Translations under genes and position numbers: made by a program
Notes under the pieces: model-generated
The model's database searches: none
Told to the model about the DNA's origin: nothing
What the model saw: the letters and a program-made list of their open reading frames with translations, nothing else
NCBI GenBank assembly: GCA_951406725.2
Contig: OX597828.1
Span: forward strand, 24,738,001-24,802,000
DNA from: Octopus vulgaris
Taxonomy: Eukaryota
Length of the DNA stretch: 64,000 nucleotides
Direction of reading: 5' to 3'
Part shown: piece by piece, positions 14,592 to 29,309 of the stretch
How the letters are laid out: every line of letters starts with the position of its first letter
Numbering within the stretch: position 1 is the first letter of the stretch

Positions 14592-14903
14592 GTCGATAAA
14601 TTAAGTACCAGTTACGCACTGGGGTCGATATAATCGACTTAATCCGTTTGTCTGTCCTTGTTTGTCCTCTCTGTGTTTAGCCCCTTGTGGGTAGTAAAGA
14701 AATAGGTATTTCCTCTGCCGCAACGCTCTAAGTTCAAATTCCGCCGAGGTCGACTTTGCCTTTCATCCTTTCGGGGTCGATAAAAAAAAGTACCAGCTAC
14801 GCACTGGGGTCGATAAAATAATACCAGTTACGCACTGGGGTCGATGTTATCTACCCGCGTCTTCTGAAATTGCTAGTCTTGTGTCAAAATTTAAAACCAA
14901 TAT
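14592..14903 (+). mobile_element. SINE family D, headless copy (duplication copy 1)
   Basis: Identical to 16752-17063; the head is replaced by an unrelated 77-bp block. Confidence 0.75.
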
Positions 14904-15006
14904 TTAGCCCCTGAATAAGGTTGGCCTAGAGTCTTCTAACTTGTCGGAATGATCAGGTTCCAGCAGTTGTTTTTTTCTTTCTCTCCAATGTGCTCCAGTC
15001 ACCACT

Positions 15007-15122
<116 letters not shown>

Positions 15123-15472
15123 AATTATTGTATACAGTGCTCAGGTGCACTACAACTTGTCAAAAGTACATATAAAGTATATACAGTAATGTACAAATGT
15201 CTGGAAAGCCAACAGTGTATAGTCAGATACATGCTTGCGTGTGTATGGAGGGGGGAAAAATCAGGTGTAGTGTTGGCGAATTTCAAGAAGCATGGAATTT
15301 TTGAAGGATGCAGTGCTCCGACAACTAACACCTGATGCCGGCAGTCTGTTCCATGCTTCAGCAACTCCTAGCGTGAAAAAATGTTTCCGAAAGTCATGGG
15401 AGCTGTGCTGTTTTCTTTGTAAACATGTCCACTGGTGTTAGACAGGTGGAGTTTGAAAAGGTGCTCAGAGTT
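15123..15472 (-). mobile_element. CR1/L2-group LINE 3' fragment
   Basis: Minus reads NTSGHVYK...HDFRKHFFTLGVAEAWNRLPASGVSCRSTASFK, matching the CR1-type ORF2 C-terminal motif TRGH..K...FF..RV...WN.LP. Confidence 0.75.
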
Positions 15473-15986
15473 AAATTTTGTTTAGATCAAACTCACGACT
15501 TCGTGGCCTCAGGGTGGATTTCTTAAATATTCAGCAAAACTGTGTCAAAATGTATTAGTATGTACATTTTTTTATTCTCTTTTTTCTTTCCGTTCCTTAA
15601 CTGCCATTCTATAGCACGGCTTTAAAGGGTTTTAGTGCCAGCTCGCCGCCTTACAAATAATACAATATTACATAAACATCTTATAAGCATTTTATAAGCA
15701 TCTTATAATGTTTCTTTCTTTTCTGGAAACTCGCCAACCGGCAACGGTCCGCGAACCACCACATAAATATTTAACTTAAAATTCACAATTATGTAATGAG
15801 AAACTGACGCGGAATGTCAGATCTTTTGTCTTTTTTGCAGAAAACTTTCTTCGTATTTGTATTGTCTATATTCAGCATGTACACATTTCACACACACACA
15901 CACACGCGCGCGCGCGAGCATACATACACACACACACTCAAACACAGGCTCGCACACACGCAAACACACACACACACACCCACTGC

Positions 15987-16062
<76 letters not shown>

Positions 16063-16169
16063 GGATGGATGGATGGATGGATGGATGGATGGATGGATGG
16101 AAGGATGGATGGATAGACAGATAGATAGACAGACAGACACTTAGATAGATAGATGATGGATAGACAGAC

Positions 16170-16229
<60 letters not shown>

Positions 16230-16632
16230 GATAGATATGCAGCCACACATGCATACACACATGCAGCCACACATGCATACACACACACAGCTATGATGCC
16301 TAGAACAGCAACGGCCACAGCTGTCACGATAACAAGAACATAAACAACAGCAACAGCAACAACAAGAACTACGATGATTACGACGATAACACCATCGATG
16401 TGAATAACAAACGCAAGTGTCTTTAGTTTTATTGACTGATCGATCGTTCGTTATTGATTTTGCATCGATACTTATTTACGAAAATAATAAAATCTATTTG
16501 TACAACATGTGAAGTTGTTTGTATTCCCGCAGGAAATAACCTTAACCAGCTTCGCTGCATTGTTTCGATACCGTACAAACAATCAGCTAAGTATTATCGC
16601 ATTACTTAACGTTATTATTAATAATGGCGTTA

Positions 16633-17063
16633 AGGCGGTAAGCTGGCAGAAACGTTAGCCCGCCGGTCGAAATGCTTAGCAGTATTTCGTCTGCCGCTAC
16701 GTTCTGAGTTCAAATTCCGCCGAGGTCGACTTTGCCTTTCATCCCTTCGGGGTCGATAAATTAAGTACCAGTTACGCACTGGGGTCGATATAATCGACTT
16801 AATCCGTTTGTCTGTCCTTGTTTGTCCTCTCTGTGTTTAGCCCCTTGTGGGTAGTAAAGAAATAGGTATTTCCTCTGCCGCAACGCTCTAAGTTCAAATT
16901 CCGCCGAGGTCGACTTTGCCTTTCATCCTTTCGGGGTCGATAAAAAAAAGTACCAGCTACGCACTGGGGTCGATAAAATAATACCAGTTACGCACTGGGG
17001 TCGATGTTATCTACCCGCGTCTTCTGAAATTGCTAGTCTTGTGTCAAAATTTAAAACCAATAT
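16633..17063 (+). mobile_element. tRNA-derived SINE, family D, with internal 184-bp tandem unit
   Basis: Head GGCGGTAAGCTGGCAGAAACGTTAGC and B box GAGTTCAAATTCC. The body restarts at 16682 and 16866. Confidence 0.75.
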
Positions 17064-17173
17064 TTAGCCCCTGAATAAGGTTGGCCTAGAGTCTTCTAAC
17101 TTGTCGGAATGATCAGGTTCCAGCAGTTGTTTTTTTCTTTCTCTCCAATGTGCTCCAGTCACCACTTATAATA

Positions 17174-17281
<108 letters not shown>

Positions 17282-17631
17282 AATTATTGTATACAGTGCT
17301 CAGGTGCACTACAACTTGTCAAAAGTACATATAAAGTATATACAGTAATGTACAAATGTCTGGAAAGCCAACAGTGTATAGTCAGATACATGCTTGCGTG
17401 TGTATGGAGGGGGGAAAAATCAGGTGTAGTGTTGGCGAATTTCAAGAAGCATGGAATTTTTGAAGGATGCAGTGCTCCGACAACTAACACCTGATGCCGG
17501 CAGTCTGTTCCATGCTTCAGCAACTCCTAGCGTGAAAAAATGTTTCCGAAAGTCATGGGAGCTGTGCTGTTTTCTTTGTAAACATGTCCACTGGTGTTAG
17601 ACAGGTGGAGTTTGAAAAGGTGCTCAGAGTT
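17282..17631 (-). mobile_element. CR1/L2-group LINE 3' fragment (duplicate)
   Basis: Identical to 15123-15472. Confidence 0.75.
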
Positions 17632-17960
17632 AAATTTTGTTTAGATCAAACTCACGACTTCGTGGCCTCAGGGTGGATTTCTTAAATATTCAGCAAAACT
17701 GTGTCAAAATGTATTAGTATGTACATTTTTTTATTCTCTTTTTTCTTTCCGTTCCTTAACTGCCATTCTATAGCACGGCTTTAAAGGGTTTTAGTGCCAG
17801 CTCGCCGCCTTACAAATAATACAATATTACATAAACATCTTATAAGCATTTTATAAGCATCTTATAATGTTTCTTTCTTTTCTGGAAACTCGCCAACCGG
17901 CAACGGTCCGCGAACCACCACTTAGGGTAGCACTCGTGTAGTAGACAACTACAACAACGT

Positions 17961-18130
17961 GGTGGTGCAATGGCCCAGTGGTTAGGGCAGCGGACTCGCG
18001 GTTGTAAGAACGCGGTTTCGATTCCCGGACAGGGGATTGTGAGTGTTTATTGAGCAAAAACACCTAAGCTCCACGAGGCTCCGGCGGTACTCTTTCATCA
18101 CAACTTTCTGTCTCATTCTTCCAACTTCTG
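17961..18130 (+). mobile_element. SINE family B
   Basis: GGTGCAATGGCCCAGTGGTTAGGG...GGTTTCGATTCCCGG head plus CACCTAAGCTCCACGAGGCTCCGGC body. Confidence 0.75.
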
Positions 18131-18962
18131 CCACATAGCAGAGGAACCATAGTGTAACCCACTATGGTGTGGTAAACTTTCAGACCCATGTCTAGATTGC
18201 GAATCCTCTGTACCCGAGGATGGTTCAGCTCTCCATCCGTTAAAAGCCACCGTTTACGGAATGAGGATAACAACGTAGCTTTCGCGCCCGTGCAACCGCC
18301 AGTCTATCGCGTGTGGTGGGTGGATCTTCAAGTTGCCACACGCAACTCTTAGTAGCTTAGAGTAGGCTCGAATTAGAGATTATTCTTTGTGGCTAATGGC
18401 ATGAGTCCTGATTGGAAGAAGAAGACTACAAATACTGCAAAAGCAACAAAAATACAACTACAAAGATGGCGTCAAACAACAATTGTAACAACTCCAACGA
18501 CAACTACAACAACAGCTATGATGCCTAGAACAGCAACGGCCACAGCTGTCACGATAACAAGAACATAAACAACAGCAACAGCAACAACAAGAACTACGAT
18601 GATTACGACGATAACACCATCGATGTGAATAACAAACGCAATAGTCATGTTATCTCGTTTTTCTAATTCTCTAATTAATATGGACAATGTGTCAGATGAA
18701 GAGAGGAATTATTTCCCCCTATCGATACAACACGGTTTTATTTATTTGTCATCGATCCCTCGAGTATAATAATTGTATCCAGCTTGTTTTTTATGTAGTT
18801 TTAAACACCTTTCTTAACAGCCTCTTGCAATATTTTTTCCTTTTTTTAATTTTCCGCCGTCTTTCTCTGTTCTATGTCACCGTGTTCACTTGTCTCCATG
18901 TCCGTCAGCTGTGTTTGCGTATGCATATATACGTACATATCTGTGTGATTACGTGCATGTAA

Positions 18963-19027
<65 letters not shown>

Positions 19028-19218
19028 TACAGACAGACAGACAGACAGACAGAAAGCAGTAAGAAAATGAAGGGGATCAATAGGTGGTTCATCATCTTTT
19101 AGACATTAATTTATGTCAACTTATATATATGTATATATATATATATATGTGAGTGTGTGAATATAGGTTTGTGTTTGTGTGTGTGTGTGTGTGTACGTGT
19201 GTGTGTTTGTGGGTGTGT

Positions 19219-19283
<65 letters not shown>

Positions 19284-19611
19284 TATAAAGTAGTGCAAAT
19301 GAGACGGGCGCAATAAGAGACGTACAATTGGACATCGTGAGTTGTTACCACAGATTGACAAACATTCCAAAAGTGGTGGACAAAATGTAAGAACAAAAAA
19401 CAAAACAAAAAATATTAACAGAAGTTGTGCCTAGTGAATTCTACTTCGGAAAAGGATAAAGGGATACCCGACGTTGCTCTGGAAATCTATGGTTACGTTG
19501 GTGGCGAACGACTAGAAATTGTGTCATGGAAATTCTACAAATATGCTTTACATAAATAAAACGTAGTTGAAAAGCATGCTATTATTATTATTACTAGCAA
19601 AGTAATGTCGG

Positions 19612-19930
19612 TGTGCTGGTAGAATTGTTAGCATGCTGGCCAACAATTCTTACTGGCATTTTTTCTATCTTCGCGTTCTGAGTTCAAATTCCGCCGAGGC
19701 CGACTTTACCTTTTATATTCCTGAAATTATTTTCTACTCTAGGCACAAGGCCCGAAATTTTGGAGGAGGGAGCTAGTCGATTAGATCGACCCCAGGACTT
19801 AATTTATCGACCCCAAAAGGATGAAAGGCAAACTCGACCCGGTAGAATTTGAACTCAGAACGTAAAGATAGACGAAATACCGCTAAGTATTTCGCCCGGC
19901 GTGCTAGCGTTTCTGCCAGCTCACCGCCTT
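19612..19930. mobile_element. Two SINE family D copies in inverted orientation (19612-19715 +, 19735-19930 -)
   Basis: GTTCTGAGTTCAAATTCCGCCGAGG on + and GAATTTGAACTCAGAACG...GCCAGCTCACCGCC downstream. Confidence 0.75.
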
Positions 19931-20088
19931 AGTACCCTTCATGGAATTGCAACGTCATTTCGCTATTTCGCTTGGTTATGCATATTTCCAGCAGGGCGTG
20001 TTACGAGAATTGTGGAAGCTTATTTTCAAAGGGCTGGAGGCACTAACTTGATGGCTCGCTTCAGCCCAAATAAACGAAATCTTTTGCG

Positions 20089-20240
20089 TTAAAATTTTGT
20101 ATGAGACCCACTTCATTTGTGATGTTAGTTTCGAACGATACCGTCTAAAGTACTAAGTTTTCATCATCTTTAGGAAACATTTTGACTCTGCTATAAAGAT
20201 TAGCAGCGGGGTTTCTCAGTGATTCTGGAAGTTCAAGAAA
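20089..20240 (-). pseudogene. Possible decayed Helitron RepHel N-terminal fragment
   Basis: Minus reads LELPESLRN... and L*TVSFETNITNEVGLIQNFN, resembling the Helitron motif FQMTSFG.NI..E.GFMPTFK. Recognised by eye only. Confidence 0.35.
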
Positions 20241-20274
20241 TAAAGATATTCTAAGTATCTAATTGGAACAGCAG

Positions 20275-20375
20275 TGGAAGTGCATGGCTTAGTGGTTAGG
20301 GTGTTGGACTCGTGATCGTAAGATTGCGATTTCGATTCCTGGACCGGGAATCAAGTCCACTCAGCTGGCAAAAAT
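20275..20375 (+). mobile_element. tRNA-derived SINE head fragment (B/C-like)
   Basis: GCATGGCTTAGTGGTTAGGGTGTTGGACTCGTGATCG...TTCGATTCCTGGACCGGG...GTCCACTCAGCTGGC. Confidence 0.65.
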
Positions 20376-22262
20376 GAGCAACCACACGACGGACCGACGT
20401 CTCGTTCAGGGTCGGGTGGAAGTTATGCACCACGAAACCAAGAAAGCGGCCGTTATGAGTCAGCGTAACACAAGACGGTATAATAACTTTACCTTTACTA
20501 CTGGAACAACACACTGATGACGTGTCCCCCACATTTTCTCTTCTTAAATCTTAAATCCATTCCACCCTAATTAGCAAACCTCTGACAGATAATCAATTGC
20601 CACTCCATTAACAGAGGAATGATCAACACTTGTTTTACAACTGGATGAAATATTCAGCCGGCTGGCTCTAATAAATGATATTACTTTCGGCTTGTGGATT
20701 TTGTTTATAATTCATAGGAACTTGCCCCTTATGTCTGTTCGTGGAATGCTTTTGACAAGGGCACTAAGATGTCCTTCATGTTGCTTCTGAGTTACCTTCT
20801 GCTTGCAGGTTTCTTGTTTGAATATATGTGAACTATGCCGAGCGTTACGTTGCATTGTTTCATACCTCCAGTTCGTTAATTCGTTCTGGAAGCATCGCCA
20901 TTGATACGGAATTAATGTTCAATTGTTGAGAGTTAATCTCTCTGTCATCTATTTTTATGTGTTTCGGAAGCGTTTTCTGGCTTTTCAGTGTTGCCTCATT
21001 TTTAACCCCAATTATGAATATTGGTTTACGAGTTTTATTTTAATAATTGACAGACCGAATGACATTTTGAAAAATCTAAGTAAATATTTGAACAAATATT
21101 TGACAATGAAAATGTTGCAAAAAATATCTTTTAAATATTAATAAATATTGAGAAACGAGAAAACAACAAAGCAATATATTAAGTTATGAATAGAAATTTA
21201 TAACCGTAAATAAATATAGGTATTGCTAATTGGTTACCAGACTGGTAAGTGTAAAGTTTAAAGTTTTCGATAAGAACTGGTTTTAGTGTTGACACGCAAA
21301 GAAATAAACAAATAGTTGAAACAAATGATTGAAAATGTCAGAAAAATGAATTCTCTTTGAAATATGGATGGAAAATGAGTTAATAAACAAACATTTTAAA
21401 TAAATAATGATTCCGTCATAATTACGTGACTGATAAATGAATAAGCAAATATCTAAAGTTACCGATGGAAATTTGTATCAGGAAAGAAGAATGAGTGTAG
21501 CGAAATGAACATTATGTGGAACATTTTCAAAGAGCAATGTCGAGCTATTGACATGTAAGTAAATGAATAAATAAATAATTGGAATAAGTAGTTGGAATAA
21601 ATAACAGTAAAAATGTTCCAAGTCCAATAATATTTTAAGTATGAAACTAAAATGAGTGAATGAAAAGAGTTTCTGTACGAATTTTGGAACCAAGAATTAG
21701 AAAGGTCCTTATTTTAATGGAATGCAAACGGAATAGAGTTTGAAGAAAATGTAGGGAAAGAAATATTTCTTGGTATAGAATTTAGTGATTGTCCAAGGAC
21801 AACGGGTAGATAATTGAAAGAATTAATAAGTAAAAATGTCTATTGTCGTAATAAATATGGGTGTACATTTTAAAGGTATTATTATTTTAATGATTCGAGA
21901 ACAAGTTGGATTTTGAACCAGATATAGGAAGAGAAATATCTTTGGCAGCAGAATTTAGTGACCGTCGAAGGGAAGGGCAGATAACTGGGAGAAATAAAGA
22001 ATGGAAATGACAAAAGTGTGATTATATTAGAAATAGGCTCACACACATAATGTGTGTGTCATATGGTAATATAATGTTAGAGCTGATATTTCGTAACCTT
22101 TGATTAAGTCGAGTACACACAAAATATCATATATCAAAAACATAGGTAAAAAGATACGCGTGTGTATATGTGTGCGTGTGTGAATGTGTGTATGTGCACG
22201 TATGTGTACGAGATATCTATATCTACATACATAAGTGTATATATATTTCGATATGCGTGTAA

Positions 22263-22321
<59 letters not shown>

Positions 22322-22438
22322 CATGTATATATATACAAACATACATTAATATATATATATAAACATATATATATATGCAAATATATATAGGTATAAGAAC
22401 GTTCATGCATATACATACATATATACACACATATTTAC

Positions 22439-22493
<55 letters not shown>

Positions 22494-23043
22494 TATATAA
22501 TACATTAATATATATATATATATGAATATTTATATCTATATACATACACCACCACACGTACCCATATATACTTACACACATATACGCATACCTTTGTCAT
22601 GTATATATAGGTTTGTGCGTTCGTTTGTGTGTGTGTCTATGTGTGTGTCTATGTGTGTGTCTATGTGTGTGCGTATGTGAGAATCTGAATTAGACGGATA
22701 TCTTTCATCACAAATGGAAGTAACAGAAACATTATCTTTGATCAAGACAACTTTATGACAGGTGGCACTACTAGCAATCCTCTCCCTAGAGTTTAAAACA
22801 GTCACAACTTTTCGATGGGGAGGTGGCACAGCGTCTGAAAGAAGTGTGAGCGACGCATACATGCATGCACACATATACACACACACAAGCACGCACGCAC
22901 AGCCACGCATGCACATACACATTCGTTTTAGATGGTGGTCGTGTCTTGTGATGTTCTTTGTGATATGTAATATGGCGAAGTGACAAAGAATGGATGCATA
23001 TGCATACTAATTCGTCTGCCATTACATACATACATACATACAT

Positions 23044-23084
<41 letters not shown>

Positions 23085-23142
23085 CGTGTGTGTGTGTGTG
23101 TGCGTGTGTATGTATATGTGTGTGTGTATATATATAAATAGA

Positions 23143-23195
<53 letters not shown>

Positions 23196-23225
23196 ATAAC
23201 TTGAATGTATGCATATGTTTATATG

Positions 23226-23271
<46 letters not shown>

Positions 23272-24073
23272 ATATATATATATACATACATGAAATTACG
23301 TATGTTCATATATATATGGAGAGATAGATTTTATATATATATATATATATGTGTGTGTGTGCATATATATACATGCATGAACATATGTATATGTTTAGAT
23401 GTTCATATATGTACATGCATAAATGCATGTTATATGTTTATATGTTCGTGTATATGTGTGCATGTGTACGTGTGTGTGATGATTGTTGATATTCTCTCAG
23501 ATATGCATGTGTATAAGTATATCGTTTCAAATGAATAGTGAATATAGACATGTAATTTTGAGATATGGGTGTGTGTGCCGGAGTTTCTGTGTATATATAC
23601 GTTGGTATGTATACTTGTATGCACACGCATATGTATGTATACAGGTATACCTACTTGTATATAATTACATATATATATATATTTATATATATATACATAT
23701 TGTATATAAATACATATATTATATATCATATATATATGTATATACATATATATACACGTATATACATACATACAGGCATATATGTATACATACATATAAA
23801 CATGTATATACACACATATATATATTATATATCATTTTATATTATATATATATATATTATACATCCTTTTGAAAAAATTATAATCGCATCTTCCTCGTAT
23901 AGTTTAACATATTTTGTTGGTATCATTTTCTTTTGGTATTTCTCTTCCATTTCTCTCTATTAATTCGTATTCCGCTCTTCCCAATCCATCTGTGCTTTAT
24001 ATTTATTTATTTTTCTATATAACCATTTTTCATTCTCTCTCCCATCTTGTCTTCCTCTCTCTCTCAATATCAT

Positions 24074-24121
<48 letters not shown>

Positions 24122-25569
24122 CATACATACATACATACATACATACATACATACATACATACATACATACATACATACATACACTCGCACATGCGTATAT
24201 ACATGCATATGTATCCATTATATTCTTCATTTAGCTATCCTACTAAATGTCTTTTTTTTTTACTTCTGTGATTCCAGGTACAAAAAGTCTTATCAATCGA
24301 GCATCTGCTAACGCGTTAAGATACATGTTACCCATGTGCCAGATTGTAAGATATGTTATATTATTACAGATTACATACATGTTCTTTTTCATCATTCATA
24401 TATACACACGCATATATATATACGTTCGTTCTCACAGATGCTATCTTCTGGCTTCTGTGAAACTTTTTATTAGTGTAAAAATGACGAAGATGATTAACGT
24501 TCGAATTTATTCCACTGAAAAATAATTCAAAATTTCTATTGTTTTGCTTTTTGGACGAGTCATGTTTGTCAACAATTAACCACACGCACTATTTTTTTTT
24601 TCTGATATTTCCTTTTTAATTATTCTGTCATTGGTTAGATTTAAAAGCGATAATTATTGTTTCATTCTTGTGACATTTTACGAATGTTACGTGTTATCTG
24701 CTTCTTATGATGGTCGCTTCATTAGAAGTACTGTGTTTTTATTTCTTAGTTAGAGAAGGGAAGCAAGCCAAATCACATTATTGCAGGATTTCTGAAATTG
24801 TGAGTGAAGGTTAACAAAGCACACATAGCCTTATGGTAGAAAAAGCATATCCTGATATTGATAAACCTCCCTTCTGTTCTTCGTTTTAATGATGGCAACA
24901 GTAGAGACACTGTGGAATCTCTTAAACGGTATGCTTTGAATAAGAGTCTAGGCTGCGCTAAAAACACGTAAGTTCCAATTGATGTTGTTAACCAGGATTA
25001 CGGATTAAGGATTTACCCTGCCACCCAAGGTACGGAAGAGATGAATTTAACAAGAGGGTATGATTCTCCAACAGGTTTCCATCTAGTTTCCCAAAACCCG
25101 ATTTCATTTACAAATCTTGGGTAAAACCCGATGTCGCGCTGTTGATGGCTATTAAACCAGAATCACTTATCCACAGCTATTCTCTCTTATCTCCACACAA
25201 AAAGCCTGTCTTTTCCATTAAGGGCGAGTCAACTTTAGAGAATCCGTGATTCATGAAATTATCTCCCCTTCTCAAGCAGAGTTGGTCTTAATTGCCCTTT
25301 TGGTAATTATGATACTCTCTCTAAGATGAAGAATTTATGTTGTATAGTATTTGATATACCTAGATTTGTCTGCAGATGAGAGAAGTCGCTTACTTCACCA
25401 AAGTACCGTGCAATTTGATGAAATCTCGGAACTCTGTAATTACGTAAGCTAACTTGTTTGCCACATGATCATATCTAAATAAATATTGTAACTCAAAGTA
25501 AGGCTATATAAGTACTTTGGGAGGACCTTAGTTAAACTCTCAGTTCGATAACAATACGAGTACCCTTTA

Positions 25570-25641
<72 letters not shown>

Positions 25642-25643
<2 letters not shown>

Positions 25644-26030
25644 TCTTACTCTTTACTCTTTTACTTGTTTCAGTCAGTTGACTGCGGCTATGCTGGAGCA
25701 CCGCCTTTAGTCGAGCAAATCGACCCCGGGCCTTATTCTTTGTAAGCCCAGTACTTATTCTATCGGTCTCTTTTGCCGACAGGGACGTAAACACACCAGC
25801 ATCGGTTGTCAAGCAATGCTAGGGGGACAAACACAGACACACAAACACACACATATATATACATATATACGACAGGCTTCTTTCAGTTTCCGTCTACCAA
25901 ATCCACTCACAAGGCATTGGTCGGCTCGGGGCTATAGCAGAAGACACTTGCCCAAGATGCCACGCAGTGGGACTGAACCCGGAACCATGTGGTTGGTTAG
26001 CAAGCGACTTACCACACAGTCACTCCTGCG

Positions 26031-26033
<3 letters not shown>
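25642..26033 (-). mobile_element. SINE family A, full length
   Basis: Near-identical to 520-909; flanked by (TA)n on both sides. Confidence 0.8.
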
Positions 26034-26077
<44 letters not shown>

Positions 26078-26530
26078 ATGGATGGATGGATGGATGGCTG
26101 TTCAGCAATGTATATGACAATATAAGTTAGGAGTAATAATGGTAAAAGCTGCGTTTTAAATCGTCATACATTTCCTCGTGCTTTCAGCAGCATTGTGTGA
26201 CTACTAAGTTTTGTATTTATTAAATAAACCCACGAGAGATTACTTATTTCTGCCTCACAAACTTCTGTGGCAAGAGGAGACGAGAATTACTTCTTCTAAT
26301 GTTAAATGTAAAGTAAATTATGATAAACGAAACTAAAATTCATAGAATGATTAAAGGTTAATGGCTCGCGCATTAAACATTTAAGCATCAAACCATTGTG
26401 ACGATAAAGAAGAAGCAATAAATGACCAATCAATGTTTAACGAAAGAGAAACGTATTATTCAATTTGATCTTTAACTGAAATCTCTTTGGTATGTCAAGG
26501 CGTTTTATTTTGAGAAATGTATATATACAC

Positions 26531-26698
26531 AGGCGCAGGAGTGGCTGTGTAGTAAGTAGCCTGCTTGCCAACCACATGGTTCTGCGTTCTGTCCCACTGC
26601 GTGAAACCTTGAACAAATGTGCTCTACTATAGCCTCGGGCAGACCAAAACCTTGTGAGTGGATTTGGAAGACGGAAACAGAAAGTCCGTCGCGTGTGT

Positions 26699-26774
<76 letters not shown>

Positions 26775-26975
26775 CTGTGTTTGTCCCTCTCTCCCCAACA
26801 TCGCTCGACAACTGATGCTGGTGGGTTTACGTCCCCGTACCTTAGCGGTTTAGTAAAAGACAGATAGAATAAGTACTAGACTTACAAAGAATAAGTCCTG
26901 GGGTCGATTTGTTCGACTAAAAGGGGGTGCTCCAGCATATCCACAGTCAAATGACTGTAAAAGAATAAAAGAATA
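26531..26975 (+). mobile_element. SINE family A, full length
   Basis: Head AGGCGCAGGAGTGGCTGTGTAGTAAG, internal (GT)n, tail AAGAATAA repeats. Confidence 0.8.
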
Positions 26976-26999
26976 AAAGAATACATATACATTTTCTTA

Positions 27000-27303
27000 G
27001 ACCTCTTTCGGTCATGAATGACCATGGGATCAAGTCCGGGAAAGGTTGTTAATAGAAGACCAGCAGTCGCCCATACATACCAGCCTCCCCTCTTCATGAC
27101 ACCGATGTTATCCAAGGGAAAGGCAAAGGCCGATACATATTGGCACCAGTGACATCACAACTCATTTCTACAGCTGAGTGAACTGGAGCAACGTGAAATA
27201 TAGTGTCTTGCTCAAGAACACACATGTAGCCCTGTCCGGAAATCGAATTCTCAACCTCACGATCGTGAGGTCAACGCTCTAACCACTGAGCTATGCGCCT
27301 TCA
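27000..27303 (-). mobile_element. tRNA-derived SINE, family C
   Basis: Minus head GAAGGCGCATAGCTCAGTGGTTAGAGCG; homologous to 35268-35603 and 42835-43147. Confidence 0.8.
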
Positions 27304-27921
27304 TTATACATATATATGTATATGTACATACACACACACGCATACATACATACATACATACATACATACATACATACATACATACATACATACATACATA
27401 CATTATTTTATAACAACTACGAGCCTTCGGAAATACAATTACTCAGTTACTGGGGAGGGTTCCTTGGTCGAAACTGAATTAATTTCGCCTCTCTTAGCTG
27501 ATCGAGTGCTATTCTACTTGTTGATGCCTTACCACGTAACATATTCACACAAACAGACGTATGTGCGTGTGTGTGTGCGCATGTGTGTGCGCATGTGTGT
27601 GCGCATGTGTGTGCATATAAGATATTTACGTCCTATGGATTATCGTTAATTAGACAAAATATGTTTTGTCGGACAAACGATTACGGATTAAATATTTTGT
27701 TTATTCTCGCATTCATCTCTAAGCTGCTTTTCTTTTATTTTATGTCTTATTGGCCTCATATAACTTGTTTTGAAATTGCCTTCTCTTATTCAACAAACAC
27801 AACTACACATACACACACACACACACACGCACACACATACTCACGCACAGAATCACACACACACACACACATACACACACACACAGACACATTTCCTACA
27901 CGGTATATAAACACACACATA

Positions 27922-28440
27922 AGGCGGCGAGCTGGCAGAATCGATAGCACGCCGGGCGAAATGCTTTGCGGTATTTCGTCTGCGTTACGTTGTGAGTTCA
28001 AATTCCGCCGAGGTCGACTTTGCCTTTCATCCTTTTGGGGTCGATAAATTAAGTACCAGTTACGCACTGGGGTTGATGTAATCGACTTAATATCTATGTC
28101 TGTCCTTGTTTGTCCCCTCTGTGTTTAGCCCCTTGTGGGTAATAAAGAAATAGGTATTTCGTCTGCCGTTATGTTCTGAGTTCAAATTCCGCTGAGGTCG
28201 ACTTTGCCTTTCATCCTTTCAGGGTCGATTAAATAAGTACCAGTTACGCACTTGGGTCGATATAATCGACTTAATCCGTGTGTCTGTTCTTGTTTGTCCT
28301 GTCTGTGTTTAGCCCCTTGTGGGTAGTAAAGAAATAGGTATTTCGTCTACCTTTACGTTCTGAGTTCAAATTCCGCTGAGGTCGATAAATTAAGTACCAG
28401 TCGCGTACCAGTCGATCTAGTCGACTGGCCCCCTCCACAA
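27922..28440 (+). mobile_element. SINE family D, trimeric (183-184 bp unit)
   Basis: One head, then units starting GTATTTCGTC at 27971, 28154 and 28338. Confidence 0.8.
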
Positions 28441-29274
28441 AAGTTTCTCCCTCCCTCACCGTTCTCTCCATCTCCTCTCTCTCCCCTTCTCCAGTTCTCT
28501 ACCTCACTCCTCTCTCTTCCTCTTCCCTTTCTCTCCCTCTCTCTCCCACCCCAGCTCCCCCAGCTCCACACTCTCTCTCTCTTTCCCTCTCTCTCTCCCT
28601 ATCCCATTCCCTCTCTCTCCCTCTCTCAGACCCCACCGTGACCAAACAACTTTAATCTCTCATCGATGAAATAAAGTACCACTCGAGCGAAGGACATTAG
28701 CAAATACGTTAGAACGCCGGACGAAATATTTTGCAGTGTTCGATCCGGCTCGTTGCGCTCTGAATTCTTGATTCGTTGAATAATAAACCACCGGGACAGC
28801 CATTAGAAACACCTCAAACATACGCCCAACCTATACTCGCTCGTTAGTGACGGCCGGCTCTGCTTGTTCTACGCATTCTCAAATACAATTCTAAATCTGA
28901 ACAATTAAAAAATGGACGCGATTATTTCTAGCTATACATTATCCCTGAATATATACCGCCATGACGGTCACAGCTGGACCACCTTCGTTAATAGGTCTGA
29001 TGGATGAAATCTGCCCTGGGGCTAAACCACAACAACAACAGCAACAAGTGGAATCAATCAGCCTTGTTCTCATTATTACGCCATTCTCAGATAGTGAGAT
29101 TGTTCTTCGTCACTTGAATTCTATCAACCAACTCAGTTGACGTATTTTAAACGCCACACCAAACACTCATTTATTATTCACAGACTTCAATCCAATTATC
29201 TACCACTGCTGCTGCTGCCACTACTACTATTACTACTACTACTATCACCTATCATTACCAGCATAGCCACATAA

Positions 29275-29309
<35 letters not shown>

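Noticed and set aside
22680-22856. Unique island between microsatellites with an open minus frame
   Set aside because: No recognisable homology or splice signals.
27971-28440. Regular repeats resembling a CRISPR array
   Set aside because: Whole 184-bp units repeat with no unique spacers, and the context is eukaryotic.
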